From an uncultured Anaerolineales bacterium (GTDB lineage: Bacteria; Chloroflexota; Anaerolineae; UBA7937; B3-Chlor): a stretch of DNA of 64,000 bases. Below are positions 28,889-37,452 of this stretch, one piece after another. A program made the translations under genes and the position numbers. The stretch spans positions 13,865 to 77,864 of the forward strand of contig CAYGAW010000186.1 of assembly GCA_964347945.1 (NCBI GenBank). Reading direction: 5' to 3'. Positions within the stretch are counted from its first letter, which is position 1. Each line of letters starts with the position of its first letter. The notes beneath the pieces are model-generated. The model saw only the letters and a program-made list of their open reading frames with translations. It was not told the DNA's origin and made no database searches.

Positions 28889-29851
28889 GTGACTGATAGG
28901 TCTCCACCCCAACAGAGGGACCAGCCGAAAGCAGAAGCGAGCTCGAGCAGCAGGTTGCGAAGGGGGATGGCCGGGCTAAGGGACAGCACCATGGATTCTG
29001 ATTCGAGCTTTCGAACCGTGGGCGCCATTCTGCTCTTTGGCCTGGCTCCGTTGCTGGTCGGCCTGTGGCTGGCCCAGATCCTGGTGCCTCAGCCTGCGGT
29101 GGGCATCATTCGGCTCAACACGGACATCTATGCCGAGAGCGCAGACCTCGTCCTGGCTCAGATCGAAGAGGCGCGCGCGGACCCCAGCATCAAAGCTGTG
29201 GTGCTGAAGATCGACTCTCCCGGCGGCGAGGTCGCGGCGACCCAGATGCTCTATTTCGAATTGCAGACGCTGCGGCGGGAGGTGCCGGTCGTCGGTTCCA
29301 TCGACGGCGTGGCGGCCAGCGGTGCGTTCTACACGGCCATGGCCACCGACCCCATATATGCGAAACCCTCGTCGACGGTCGGCAACGTCGGTGTGTGGGG
29401 CTTCATCCCACCCGACGTGGGCGTCAACGAGGTCATCCTGAGCAGCGGCCCCTTCAAGCTCACAGCCAGCAACCGCGATGAGTTCCTGCGCTGGATCGAG
29501 GGGATTAGGCTGGAGTTCCTAGAGACCGTCTTCAGCCAACGAGGCGAGCGCATGAACGTGTCTCGGGTCGAGCTGTCCCAAGGGCTGGCCTATCAGGGGC
29601 GCGAGGCGGCGCGCCTGGGTCTCATCGATGGCCTGGGCAGCGAGAGCGAGGCCATTCGTACCGCCGCTCAACAGGCGGGGATCGCCCATTACCAGGTGAT
29701 AGACCTCCAGCAGCGCGTCATCGACGAGCTACCTGAGGAAGAGTCGGAGCTCGAACCCTGGGTGGGCGCAGCCGATCCGCTGACCGGGAAGCGAATCCTG
29801 CCACCAGGGGCCTATCTGCTGTACGATATCCAGCTGGGAGGCGCGCCATGA
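28889..29851 (+). CDS. sppA: signal peptide peptidase SppA (S49 family, 36K type)
   Basis: AVVLKIDSPGGEVAATQ...GSIDGVAASGAFYTAMATD (Ser nucleophile context) with an N-terminal TM. GTG start 10 nt after AAGGAG. Confidence 0.85.
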   Translation: MTDRSPPQQRDQPKAEASSSSRLRRGMAGLRDSTMDSDSSFRTVGAILLFGLAPLLVGLWLAQILVPQPAVGIIRLNTDIYAESADLVLAQIEEARADPSIKAVVLKIDSPGGEVAATQMLYFELQTLRREVPVVGSIDGVAASGAFYTAMATDPIYAKPSSTVGNVGVWGFIPPDVGVNEVILSSGPFKLTASNRDEFLRWIEGIRLEFLETVFSQRGERMNVSRVELSQGLAYQGREAARLGLIDGLGSESEAIRTAAQQAGIAHYQVIDLQQRVIDELPEEESELEPWVGAADPLTGKRILPPGAYLLYDIQLGGAP

Positions 29852-31797
29852 GAACCTGGACCAAAATCCTGATAGTTGGCCTCCTCTTGATTCTGCCCAT
29901 CGTCGGGCGGTGGGCGTGGTTCCATCGAGGATGGTACACTCCACCGCTCATCCCTCAGATCGACGAGACCCAGTTAGAGGTCCCGCTGCCTGAGTATCAG
30001 CCCGTCTCGGAAGAGGTGGGGGAGCGGATTGGCCGGGTGGTCATCGACCTTGCGCACGACAACAACCTGGAGGTTGACGACCTCACCCCGCTACGCGATC
30101 GCTTGGCCGCTCGCGGTGCGGCCGCCGAGACCTACGACGGGTTCACCTCCTCCCTGGAATCCCAGTTGCGCGGTGCCATCGCCCTCATAGTAGTCGCGCC
30201 CACCTTCAGCTACGCGGGGTATGAGATTGAGTCCATCCTGGATTTCGTAGAGGATGGAGGGCGGGTGCTCCTGGTGGCCGATCCCACGCGCCCCGTTCCT
30301 CTCGAGGAAGAGGAGGACATCCTGGATCTGGGCGACGTCCTCTTCCCGGAGAGCGCAATCCCTGCCATCAACAGCTTGGCCAACCCGCTGAGTGTGGTCT
30401 ATTTCAACGATTATCTCTACAACCTGGTGGACAACCAGGGCAACTATCGCAACGTCAAACTGACCACCTTCAGCGATGACCATCCCCTTACCGACGGCCT
30501 GGACACAGTGGTCTTCTTCGCCGCCCACTCGCTGCGCACCAACGGCCTATCTCTGATCAGCGGCGACGAGAACACCCTGTCCCCGCTGCGTACGGGCGAG
30601 ACAGGCCTGACCGCCGCCGCCCTGGCTGCTGACGAGAAGGTACTGGCCTTGGGCGACCTCACGGCGCTGACCGCACCTTGTCACGGTGTTGAAGACAACG
30701 ATCAGTTCCTGAGCAACATAGCTGACTGGCTGGTCGCTGCCGAGCGGGTGTGGGAACTGAGGGACTTCCCCTACCTCTTCCAGCGGCCGGTGGATCTGGT
30801 GCAGGTGTCAGGGGAGTATGTCGATCCTCGTCTCATCTCCGGGGTGGAGGTGCTGGGGGAGGTTCTCTCCCAGGCCGATCTCACTCTAAACCTGCGCGAC
30901 TCCGCCGATCCCGATAACGATGCCCTGTTGGTCGGGACCTTCGAAAACCTGGAGTTGGTCGAGGATTACCTGGACGATGCTGGGGTAACCATCACCGTGG
31001 TCGCGGAAGAGGAGCAGGAAGCCGCCACGACGACGGAGGAGGGGGAGGAGGAACTCGAGGACAAGATAGAGGTCGAGGGACTGGGCACCGTCCCCATTGA
31101 AGGGAGTACGCTCTTTGTGGTTGACCGGAGTGTCGACCGCGTGGTGGTCATCGCCCTGGGCGAGGACGGAGACGCCGCCGTCGCGGCTCTCGAGCGCCTC
31201 GCATATGGCGATTTCTCAGGCTGTGTGGATAGGGACGACGTCACCGTCTGCTCCACCGGTGAAGTGGAGGAAGGAGTAGGGCTGGATGAGGAGCGCGAGG
31301 GGCCCGAAGAGCAGGAAGAGGCACCCGAGGAAGTCGAGGAGGAGGAGTCGCCCCGCATAGGCTCCGTCTTAGAGTCGGAGTTGGCGCTGGCGGAGGGTGT
31401 GCCGTGGTTGACGGAGTTGGCCGAAGAGGACTACGATGCTACCTCCCAGGCGGGTGAGACTTATACGTATACCGTCACGCTGGGCGAGTCACGCGACGTG
31501 ATCTGGATGTACGGGTGGTGCACAACCACCGAGGAACTGTTGAGGCAGAACTGGCAGAACATTACTCTGGCCTTCACTGTGAACGGCGAAGACGTCCGCC
31601 TCGACAGATTCGCCATGTTGGAGAGTGGCTTCGAAGACCAGCACTGCCGCCTCTACTACGCGCTGGTCACCGACTGGCCGCAGGGTGAACACGAGCTCAT
31701 CACCGAGGTCACCTTCGAGACGGAGCTGGACGACGGCACTGATACCTACCCCGCGGGTACTCACTGGTACAAACACATCGTGTCGGTTGGTGGATAG
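29848..31797 (+). CDS. hypothetical TM-anchored extracytoplasmic protein with acidic linkers
   Basis: 649-aa ORF coupled to sppA by an ATGA overlap. N-terminal TM and two poly-acidic stretches (EEEQEAATTTEEGEEELED, EEREGPEEQEEAPEEVEEEE). The N-terminal part vaguely resembles DUF4350/GldG-like folds (unverified). Confidence 0.75.
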   Translation: MRTWTKILIVGLLLILPIVGRWAWFHRGWYTPPLIPQIDETQLEVPLPEYQPVSEEVGERIGRVVIDLAHDNNLEVDDLTPLRDRLAARGAAAETYDGFTSSLESQLRGAIALIVVAPTFSYAGYEIESILDFVEDGGRVLLVADPTRPVPLEEEEDILDLGDVLFPESAIPAINSLANPLSVVYFNDYLYNLVDNQGNYRNVKLTTFSDDHPLTDGLDTVVFFAAHSLRTNGLSLISGDENTLSPLRTGETGLTAAALAADEKVLALGDLTALTAPCHGVEDNDQFLSNIADWLVAAERVWELRDFPYLFQRPVDLVQVSGEYVDPRLISGVEVLGEVLSQADLTLNLRDSADPDNDALLVGTFENLELVEDYLDDAGVTITVVAEEEQEAATTTEEGEEELEDKIEVEGLGTVPIEGSTLFVVDRSVDRVVVIALGEDGDAAVAALERLAYGDFSGCVDRDDVTVCSTGEVEEGVGLDEEREGPEEQEEAPEEVEEEESPRIGSVLESELALAEGVPWLTELAEEDYDATSQAGETYTYTVTLGESRDVIWMYGWCTTTEELLRQNWQNITLAFTVNGEDVRLDRFAMLESGFEDQHCRLYYALVTDWPQGEHELITEVTFETELDDGTDTYPAGTHWYKHIVSVGG

Positions 31798-32097
31798 ATA
31801 GCACGGAAGACACCGTTCGGCCAGTCATGCTGCGGGGGATGTGGAAGCCCCGTCACGGCCGCCGAACGATTGGTCGGTGGCGCGGCGACATCCCAACGCG
31901 CCAACCTGTTGTGAGTGTGTTTGATTCTTCATATGCGCTAGTCATAGGAAGCAGGGGGAAGCATCTTTGAGTGGTAGCTTGTGGAGTGAGGCTCGTCTTG
32001 GCTATCGAGGCGGGCCTTTTGTCGTGCCATGGGCCGTTCCTGGACAGAGGCAGCCACACCGCCTGTAGGCGCAAGATGATATTGGGAGTGACCGAGC

Positions 32098-33114
32098 ATG
32101 ATTGTAGTCACGGGTGGCACAGGACACATCGGGAACGTCTTGCTCCGCGAATTGCTGTGCAGGAGTCAGACCGTGCGAGCGGTTGTGCCCTCCTGGGAGG
32201 ACAGGACACCCCTCGACGGGCTTGAGGTCGAGATCGTCGACGGCGATGTCCGCGATATTGATTCCATCAGGGCGGCCTTCCAAGGGAGCGATTTGGTCTA
32301 CCACTTGGCCGGGATTGTGGCTATCAGTGGAGGAAAGAAGGAACTGCTCCACCAGGTCAACGTGGAGGGAACGCGGAACGCGGTGCAGGCGTGTCTGGAC
32401 ACTTGCGTGCGGCGGCTGGTCTACACCAGCTCCATACATGCCATCATCGAACCGCCCCCGGGCACCATCATCGACGAAAGTCTTCCCTTCGACCCCGAAA
32501 GGACGATTGGCGACTATGCCCGCTCGAAGTCCCTGGCCACTCTGGAGGTGCTCAAAGGGGTGGAGGCTGGTCTGGATGCGGTAGTCGTGTGCCCCACCGG
32601 TGTGATAGGGCCGCATGATTACACGCCCTCAGAGATGGGGCAACTGATGATCCTGGTTGCCGAGGGGAAGCTGCCAGCCTACATCGACGGGGCCTATGAT
32701 TTCGTCGATGTGCGCGATGTGGCGCAGGGCTTGATCCTCGCTGCCGAGCGAGGACGCACAGGAGAGGCCTACATCCTTTCGGGCGAGCGGATCACTGTGC
32801 GCGACCTACTGTCCTTGATAGAAGACGCCACCGGAGGCAAGGCCCCCTCACTCAAGGTGCCCTTCGCCCTCGCTCGTGTGGGCGCGAAGTTCACCCCGCT
32901 CTACTACCGTCTGGCGAAGAGTAAGCCCCTGTTCACGGAATACTCGGTGCACGTGTTAGCCGGCGATTGTTTCACCACCTGCGAGAAGGCCTGCGACGAA
33001 TTGGGGTACTCGCCCCGCTCTCTGAGCGAATCCGTTCGCGACACCGTCCGCTGGTTTGAGGAACAGGGCAAGCTCCAGATGCACTCCAGCCCCGCAGCGA
33101 AGCAGCGGCCGTAG
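32098..33114 (+). CDS. NAD-dependent epimerase/dehydratase (extended SDR) family protein
   Basis: MIVVTGGTGHIGNVL Rossmann motif and YARSK catalytic motif. Confidence 0.9.
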   Translation: MIVVTGGTGHIGNVLLRELLCRSQTVRAVVPSWEDRTPLDGLEVEIVDGDVRDIDSIRAAFQGSDLVYHLAGIVAISGGKKELLHQVNVEGTRNAVQACLDTCVRRLVYTSSIHAIIEPPPGTIIDESLPFDPERTIGDYARSKSLATLEVLKGVEAGLDAVVVCPTGVIGPHDYTPSEMGQLMILVAEGKLPAYIDGAYDFVDVRDVAQGLILAAERGRTGEAYILSGERITVRDLLSLIEDATGGKAPSLKVPFALARVGAKFTPLYYRLAKSKPLFTEYSVHVLAGDCFTTCEKACDELGYSPRSLSESVRDTVRWFEEQGKLQMHSSPAAKQRP

Positions 33115-33364
33115 CCCGGGCGCAAGGCCGCCGACGCATAGCGCTTTCCCTCTTGTAGAAGCATCCAGTCTTACTCGGCTCCTGCGATGTCCTCGTCTCC
33201 ACGACAGTGTGGATAGACCGCGGTGGCTTGGAGATCTCCGTAAACTAGACAAGACGAGATGTCTGAAGCATGTTGCGGAACTGGCTTCAGCTGATCTCCC
33301 CGTTCGTAGCACAGGAGTCCACTCCTGCGCGACTCTGCTCCGAGCACAGCGTTCTTTGCTACAC

Positions 33365-33393
33365 TTGACAAGCGAGACACATTGTCATATACT
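33365..33393 (+). promoter_or_regulatory. sigma70-like promoter for cspA with ~170-nt 5' UTR
   Basis: TTGACA (33365-33370), 17 nt, TATACT (33388-33393). A long leader is typical of cold-shock genes. Confidence 0.6.
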
Positions 33394-33570
33394 TATTGCC
33401 GAAGGTACACATCGACTGGGCCTGTCGCAGGAGGAAGAGGCTCGTCCGTAGCTGTTTTCTTGCCCTGGACTGCGCGGCGTCGTGTGAGTGCTGAATCCGT
33501 ATAGAAGTGGGAGCTTCTTTCGGCACAGCCGCACCTTCAATCAATCCATACAGAGGAGAGTTGAACAGCT

Positions 33571-33816
33571 ATGGAAGAGGAAAGAGTCACAGGGACCGTC
33601 AAGTGGTTCAGTGAGCGCAAGGGCTACGGCTTCATCGCCCGCGAGGAGGGGAAGGACGTTTTCGTCCACTTCTCGGGCATCCGCGCTGGCGGGCCCCGTT
33701 CCCTCAACGAGGGCGACAAGGTGGAGTTCTCCATCGAGTCTGACCAGCGCGGGCCCAGGGCCGTCGATCTGGTAGTGACCGAATCGGCTCCGCGCGAGAG
33801 CTACGGCCGTTACTAG
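33571..33816 (+). CDS. cspA: cold-shock protein (CspA family) with short C-terminal extension
   Basis: [30 protein letters not shown] contains the RNP1/RNP2 motifs. Confidence 0.95.
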   Translation: MEEERVTGTVKWFSERKGYGFIAREEGKDVFVHFSGIRAGGPRSLNEGDKVEFSIESDQRGPRAVDLVVTESAPRESYGRY

Positions 33817-33844
33817 GCGCAACACAACTGAGCGCGATCCCGAG

Positions 33845-33882
33845 AGGGCCTCAGAGTGAAATAAGCACTCTGAGGCCCTTTT
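33845..33882 (+). terminator. rho-independent terminator after cspA
   Basis: AGGGCCTCAGAGTG-aaataag-CACTCTGAGGCCCT followed by TTT. Confidence 0.75.
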
Positions 33883-34183
33883 CCTGTGGACGCATCCTGC
33901 GCCGCGTCCCAGGCAGGGGAATGATGCTCTCAGGCCCCTGATCTTGTGGCCAGATTCATTCTGAGCTGCGCCCTGTGCCCCAGATATGTCGCCGTGCTGT
34001 GGATTCTCTTGTGGTACCGCAGGGACCATCTGACTTCAGCGCAGGACTGCCTCCCCCTGGGACAAGCGAGGGCTGACCAGCTCGGGCACTTCTTGACAAG
34101 CAGCATCCTTGTCACTTTATTCAGTCAATACACCCAGAACACGGATGATGCGACGATGAATCGAGTCCGTTGCTAGGGCCCGG

Positions 34184-34468
34184 GTGACGGGCACAATGGC
34201 TGGCGCAAGGCTGAAGTACGTCGTCGGGGGAGGCGTCATCCTGGTGGTCCTAGGGTGGCTCATCTTCAGCAATATCCAGGGCCCGCCCGCTCCTTGTCTG
34301 ACCGTGGAGGAGTTGTTATTTCGAGGACCGTTGGATCGCATGGTGAGAGTCTCCGTGTCACACATGACCTCCTTCATCAACGCAGGCCTTCGATCTGAAC
34401 TAGTCAACTGGCAACCAGGCATACAAAAAGCCGAAGAAGGGCGTGGGCCCTCGTTTGGCGCAGCCTGA
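34184..34468 (+). pseudogene. truncated/decayed ccmE paralogue
   Basis: The first ~55 aa (RLKYVVGGGVILVVLGWLIFSNI...LTVEELLFRGPLDRMVRVS) parallel the intact CcmE at 55836 (RLKFFIGGAVIVVVLGWLILSNI...LTVEEMLAQGPSDRMVRVS). The similarity then ends and the haem-binding C-terminus is missing. Confidence 0.5.
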
Positions 34469-35223
34469 TGAGATATCAGTGACAATTCCGCAGCAGGAGC
34501 AGCATCCTTTCTATGTGCGTAGAGACGAGGACCCTCTCCAGGTACACCCTTGGCCCTCCACCGCACGGTCCCATGTCATTGACGCATCTTTGCTCTGGCG
34601 AGTCCATATGCTCGTCGGGCTCAGCCTCTCTGAAATAGCATGGTTCCTACGTCAAAATCTGGTCTTAGAGTGCTACTAGTTGGATCCAAATGTGCCGCGC
34701 GGCCTCCGACCCGCCTACCGATAGACCTGTCTTGACGTGGTTCGAACGCACTAGTCCACAATCCTGCCCGATTCTACAACTTCCTCAGCGCGATCTCTAA
34801 TGCGGCTCTCCCGCCATTCTCTGATGACCAAGAGTGCTACCCGAGAATAGTACCTTTGTCCACGACGAAGGGGCACTATGGACCATAGACGCGGGGGAGT
34901 CAGTTGCCTATAATGGTAGAGGCTGGTCTGCCTACGCAAACTGGTTTCGGAGCCGGGAAGTGGAACGCCGTTGGACACCCGCGAGGCTTGCGGCCGCGCC
35001 TGACGGCGTGAGTGGCGGACGCCTGTCACGTGACTGACACTGTAGGCCCATGCTTCGGGGCCAGGTAGGGCCGGTCAACATCGTTGAGAATCTGATGTCT
35101 CTTTGCGGGTGAGCGCAAGGAACGAGTTCGACCAGCTGGGAGGGAGGTGCTGAGTGCAGGAAGGACTTGTCGCCAAGCTCTCAGAAAGGAGGATTCGCGT
35201 ATGCCTAAGGAGGTGATACGAAT

Positions 35224-37065
35224 ATGAGTCAATGTATCCCGAAGCGATGGAGAGTGCCGCTTGTGGGTGGCGCGCTGGTTGCGCTTGCCCTTCTCATTGG
35301 CGCGTGCGGCGCCCCAGCGCCGGAGCCCACCGCTGCACCCACGGGTGTCGCCACTGAGGCACCAGCCCCCACGGAGGCACCGACCGAGGCGCCGCCAGAG
35401 AATAATCCACCCGTTGTGCGGATAGAACTCCACAACGAGATGGAGGGGGTGGTCGACGAGGAAGGCGAACCCATTAGGGCCAGCGGTCTATCAAACGTTG
35501 GAGTGGGTACTTATGTCTTTCTCGAGGATGTGGCTTACGACCCCGACGAGGGCGACACGGTGACCACTGAGTGGGAGTTCACCCCAGCGGATGGCTCCTC
35601 GGCCGAACTGACCGAGGGCGAGTCCGCGTACTTCTTCGCCGACGTGGAAGGCAAGTACGACATCAAGCTCGTGGCGACAGATAGGAACGGCGCTTCTAGC
35701 GAGGCGGCCCTCACCGTCAATGCTGCGACCTACGTGGGTCTGGAGACCTGCGCCATGTGTCACGCTGACCAGGCTGAGGCGCAAGCGGAGACTGGCCACG
35801 CCCACATCTTCGCCGATGGAATCGACGGGATTGTCAGCGACCACTATGGAGAACGTTGCCTGGGGTGCCACACTGTCGGCCCGTGGGAAGGCGAGAACGG
35901 GGCCTTCGACGACGTGTGGGCGCAGACGGACTGGACTTTCCCTGAGACTTTGCAGGAGGGGAATTGGGACGCGTTGCAGGCGGACTATCCCGAGTTGGCG
36001 AATCTCGGCAATATCCAGTGCGAGAACTGCCATGGCCCGGGCAGCGCCCACATGGGCGACCCGGCGGGCATCGCCACGAGCCTTTCCGCGGAAACCTGTG
36101 GGTACTGCCACGATGCGCCAACCCACCACGTCAAGAACATGCAATGGGAACTCTCGGGCCATTCCGAGGAAGAGGCTCGTGCTTTCACCTATCCCATCGG
36201 CGAAGGTCGCGAGGGGTGCCAGCCGTGCCACTCTGGTGAGGCCTTCGTTGACATCGCAAATGGGATGGAGGAATTCCGCATGGGCTTTCAGACCGTTGCC
36301 TGCGCAGTATGTCACGATCCTCACAGCGCGGAGAACGAGGCCCAGTTGCGGATCTACGACACTGTCACACTACCCGATGGTACAGACGTTACGGACGCCG
36401 GTGCGTCGGCCACCTGCATGACGTGCCACAACGGTCGCAGAACTGCCGAAGAGGTCGAGGAAGACGACCCCAGCTGGCCGCACCACAGCACCGCGGCGGA
36501 GATGATCGCTGGCGTGGGTGGCTACACCTACGGAGACGAGATCGAGAACTCGCCTCACCAAGCCGTCGGGCTCGTTTGCGTGGAGTGCCACATGGCGGAG
36601 ACGCCGGGAATGGACGATGCGGGCACCCCTGACGACAGTGAGGACGACACTCCTCTGCCGGGTCACAACGAGATCGGCGAGCATACGTTCACCATGACCA
36701 GCGCGGACGGCGTGGAGTTGGTGAGTGCGTGCTCCGAGTGCCATGGTGAGATCGAGAGCTTCAACCGCGAAGCCGATGGCGACTACGACGGAGATGGCAC
36801 CGTCGAGGGCATCCGAGACGAGGTACAAGGCCTGCTGGATCTACTCCTTCAGGCGATCCAGGATGACGGCCCTGTGTGGTTAGGCCACCACCCGTATTGG
36901 GAAGAGGTGACCACGCAGGAGCAGAAGGCGGCCATCTACAACTATATGTTCGTGGCTCACGAGGGCAGTGAGGGCATTCACAACACAGCTCGTGCGGTTA
37001 TGTTGCTGCAGACTTCCTACCGGCAACTCACTGGGGAGGACGTGCCCGGGGCGGATCTCTACTAG
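35224..37065 (+). CDS. nonahaem c-type cytochrome lipoprotein with PKD-like domain
   Basis: Lipobox LLIGACG, TEAP-rich linker, PKD-like segment (DPDEGDTVTTEWEF...YDIKLVATDRNG), and 9 CXXCH motifs (CAMCH, CLGCH, CENCH, CGYCH, CQPCH, CAVCH, CMTCH, CVECH, CSECH). Confidence 0.9.
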   Translation: MSQCIPKRWRVPLVGGALVALALLIGACGAPAPEPTAAPTGVATEAPAPTEAPTEAPPENNPPVVRIELHNEMEGVVDEEGEPIRASGLSNVGVGTYVFLEDVAYDPDEGDTVTTEWEFTPADGSSAELTEGESAYFFADVEGKYDIKLVATDRNGASSEAALTVNAATYVGLETCAMCHADQAEAQAETGHAHIFADGIDGIVSDHYGERCLGCHTVGPWEGENGAFDDVWAQTDWTFPETLQEGNWDALQADYPELANLGNIQCENCHGPGSAHMGDPAGIATSLSAETCGYCHDAPTHHVKNMQWELSGHSEEEARAFTYPIGEGREGCQPCHSGEAFVDIANGMEEFRMGFQTVACAVCHDPHSAENEAQLRIYDTVTLPDGTDVTDAGASATCMTCHNGRRTAEEVEEDDPSWPHHSTAAEMIAGVGGYTYGDEIENSPHQAVGLVCVECHMAETPGMDDAGTPDDSEDDTPLPGHNEIGEHTFTMTSADGVELVSACSECHGEIESFNREADGDYDGDGTVEGIRDEVQGLLDLLLQAIQDDGPVWLGHHPYWEEVTTQEQKAAIYNYMFVAHEGSEGIHNTARAVMLLQTSYRQLTGEDVPGADLY

Positions 37066-37361
37066 ATCCTTTCGTTGGGCTCAGAGGTAGTTCCGCTTCA
37101 GCGGCCGTCACCAATAGAGCCAAGTGACGCCTACCAGCGCGCCGAGATCGGGAGGTCTCGGCGCGCAAACCTGCATGCACACTTCTGGAGGCGGTGCTCA
37201 CAGTTCCTCCCCTTCGACTGCGAACAGCTTGCGTACCACATGGTCAAGGGAGGGCACGCAGCCCTGCCTGTAGCGCGGCAGCAACAGCGACAAGAAAAGC
37301 CGTTGGCGTAGTCTTTCGCCGGTGCAGCATGCAGAAGGAGCCTGGGAGAGCAATCTCTCTT

Positions 37362-37405
37362 TGTTGGGGCGCAAGGTGCGCTCAATCCTGAGCTGCGCCC
37401 CAACA
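37362..37405. repeat. 12-bp perfect inverted repeat (hairpin) just upstream of the molybdopterin-subunit gene
   Basis: TGTTGGGGCGCA-20 nt-TGCGCCCCAACA. No U tract. Confidence 0.5.
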
Positions 37406-37452
37406 GGGGTATGATCACACGGAAGTATGTAAACCGGGACGGAGAACCACCT

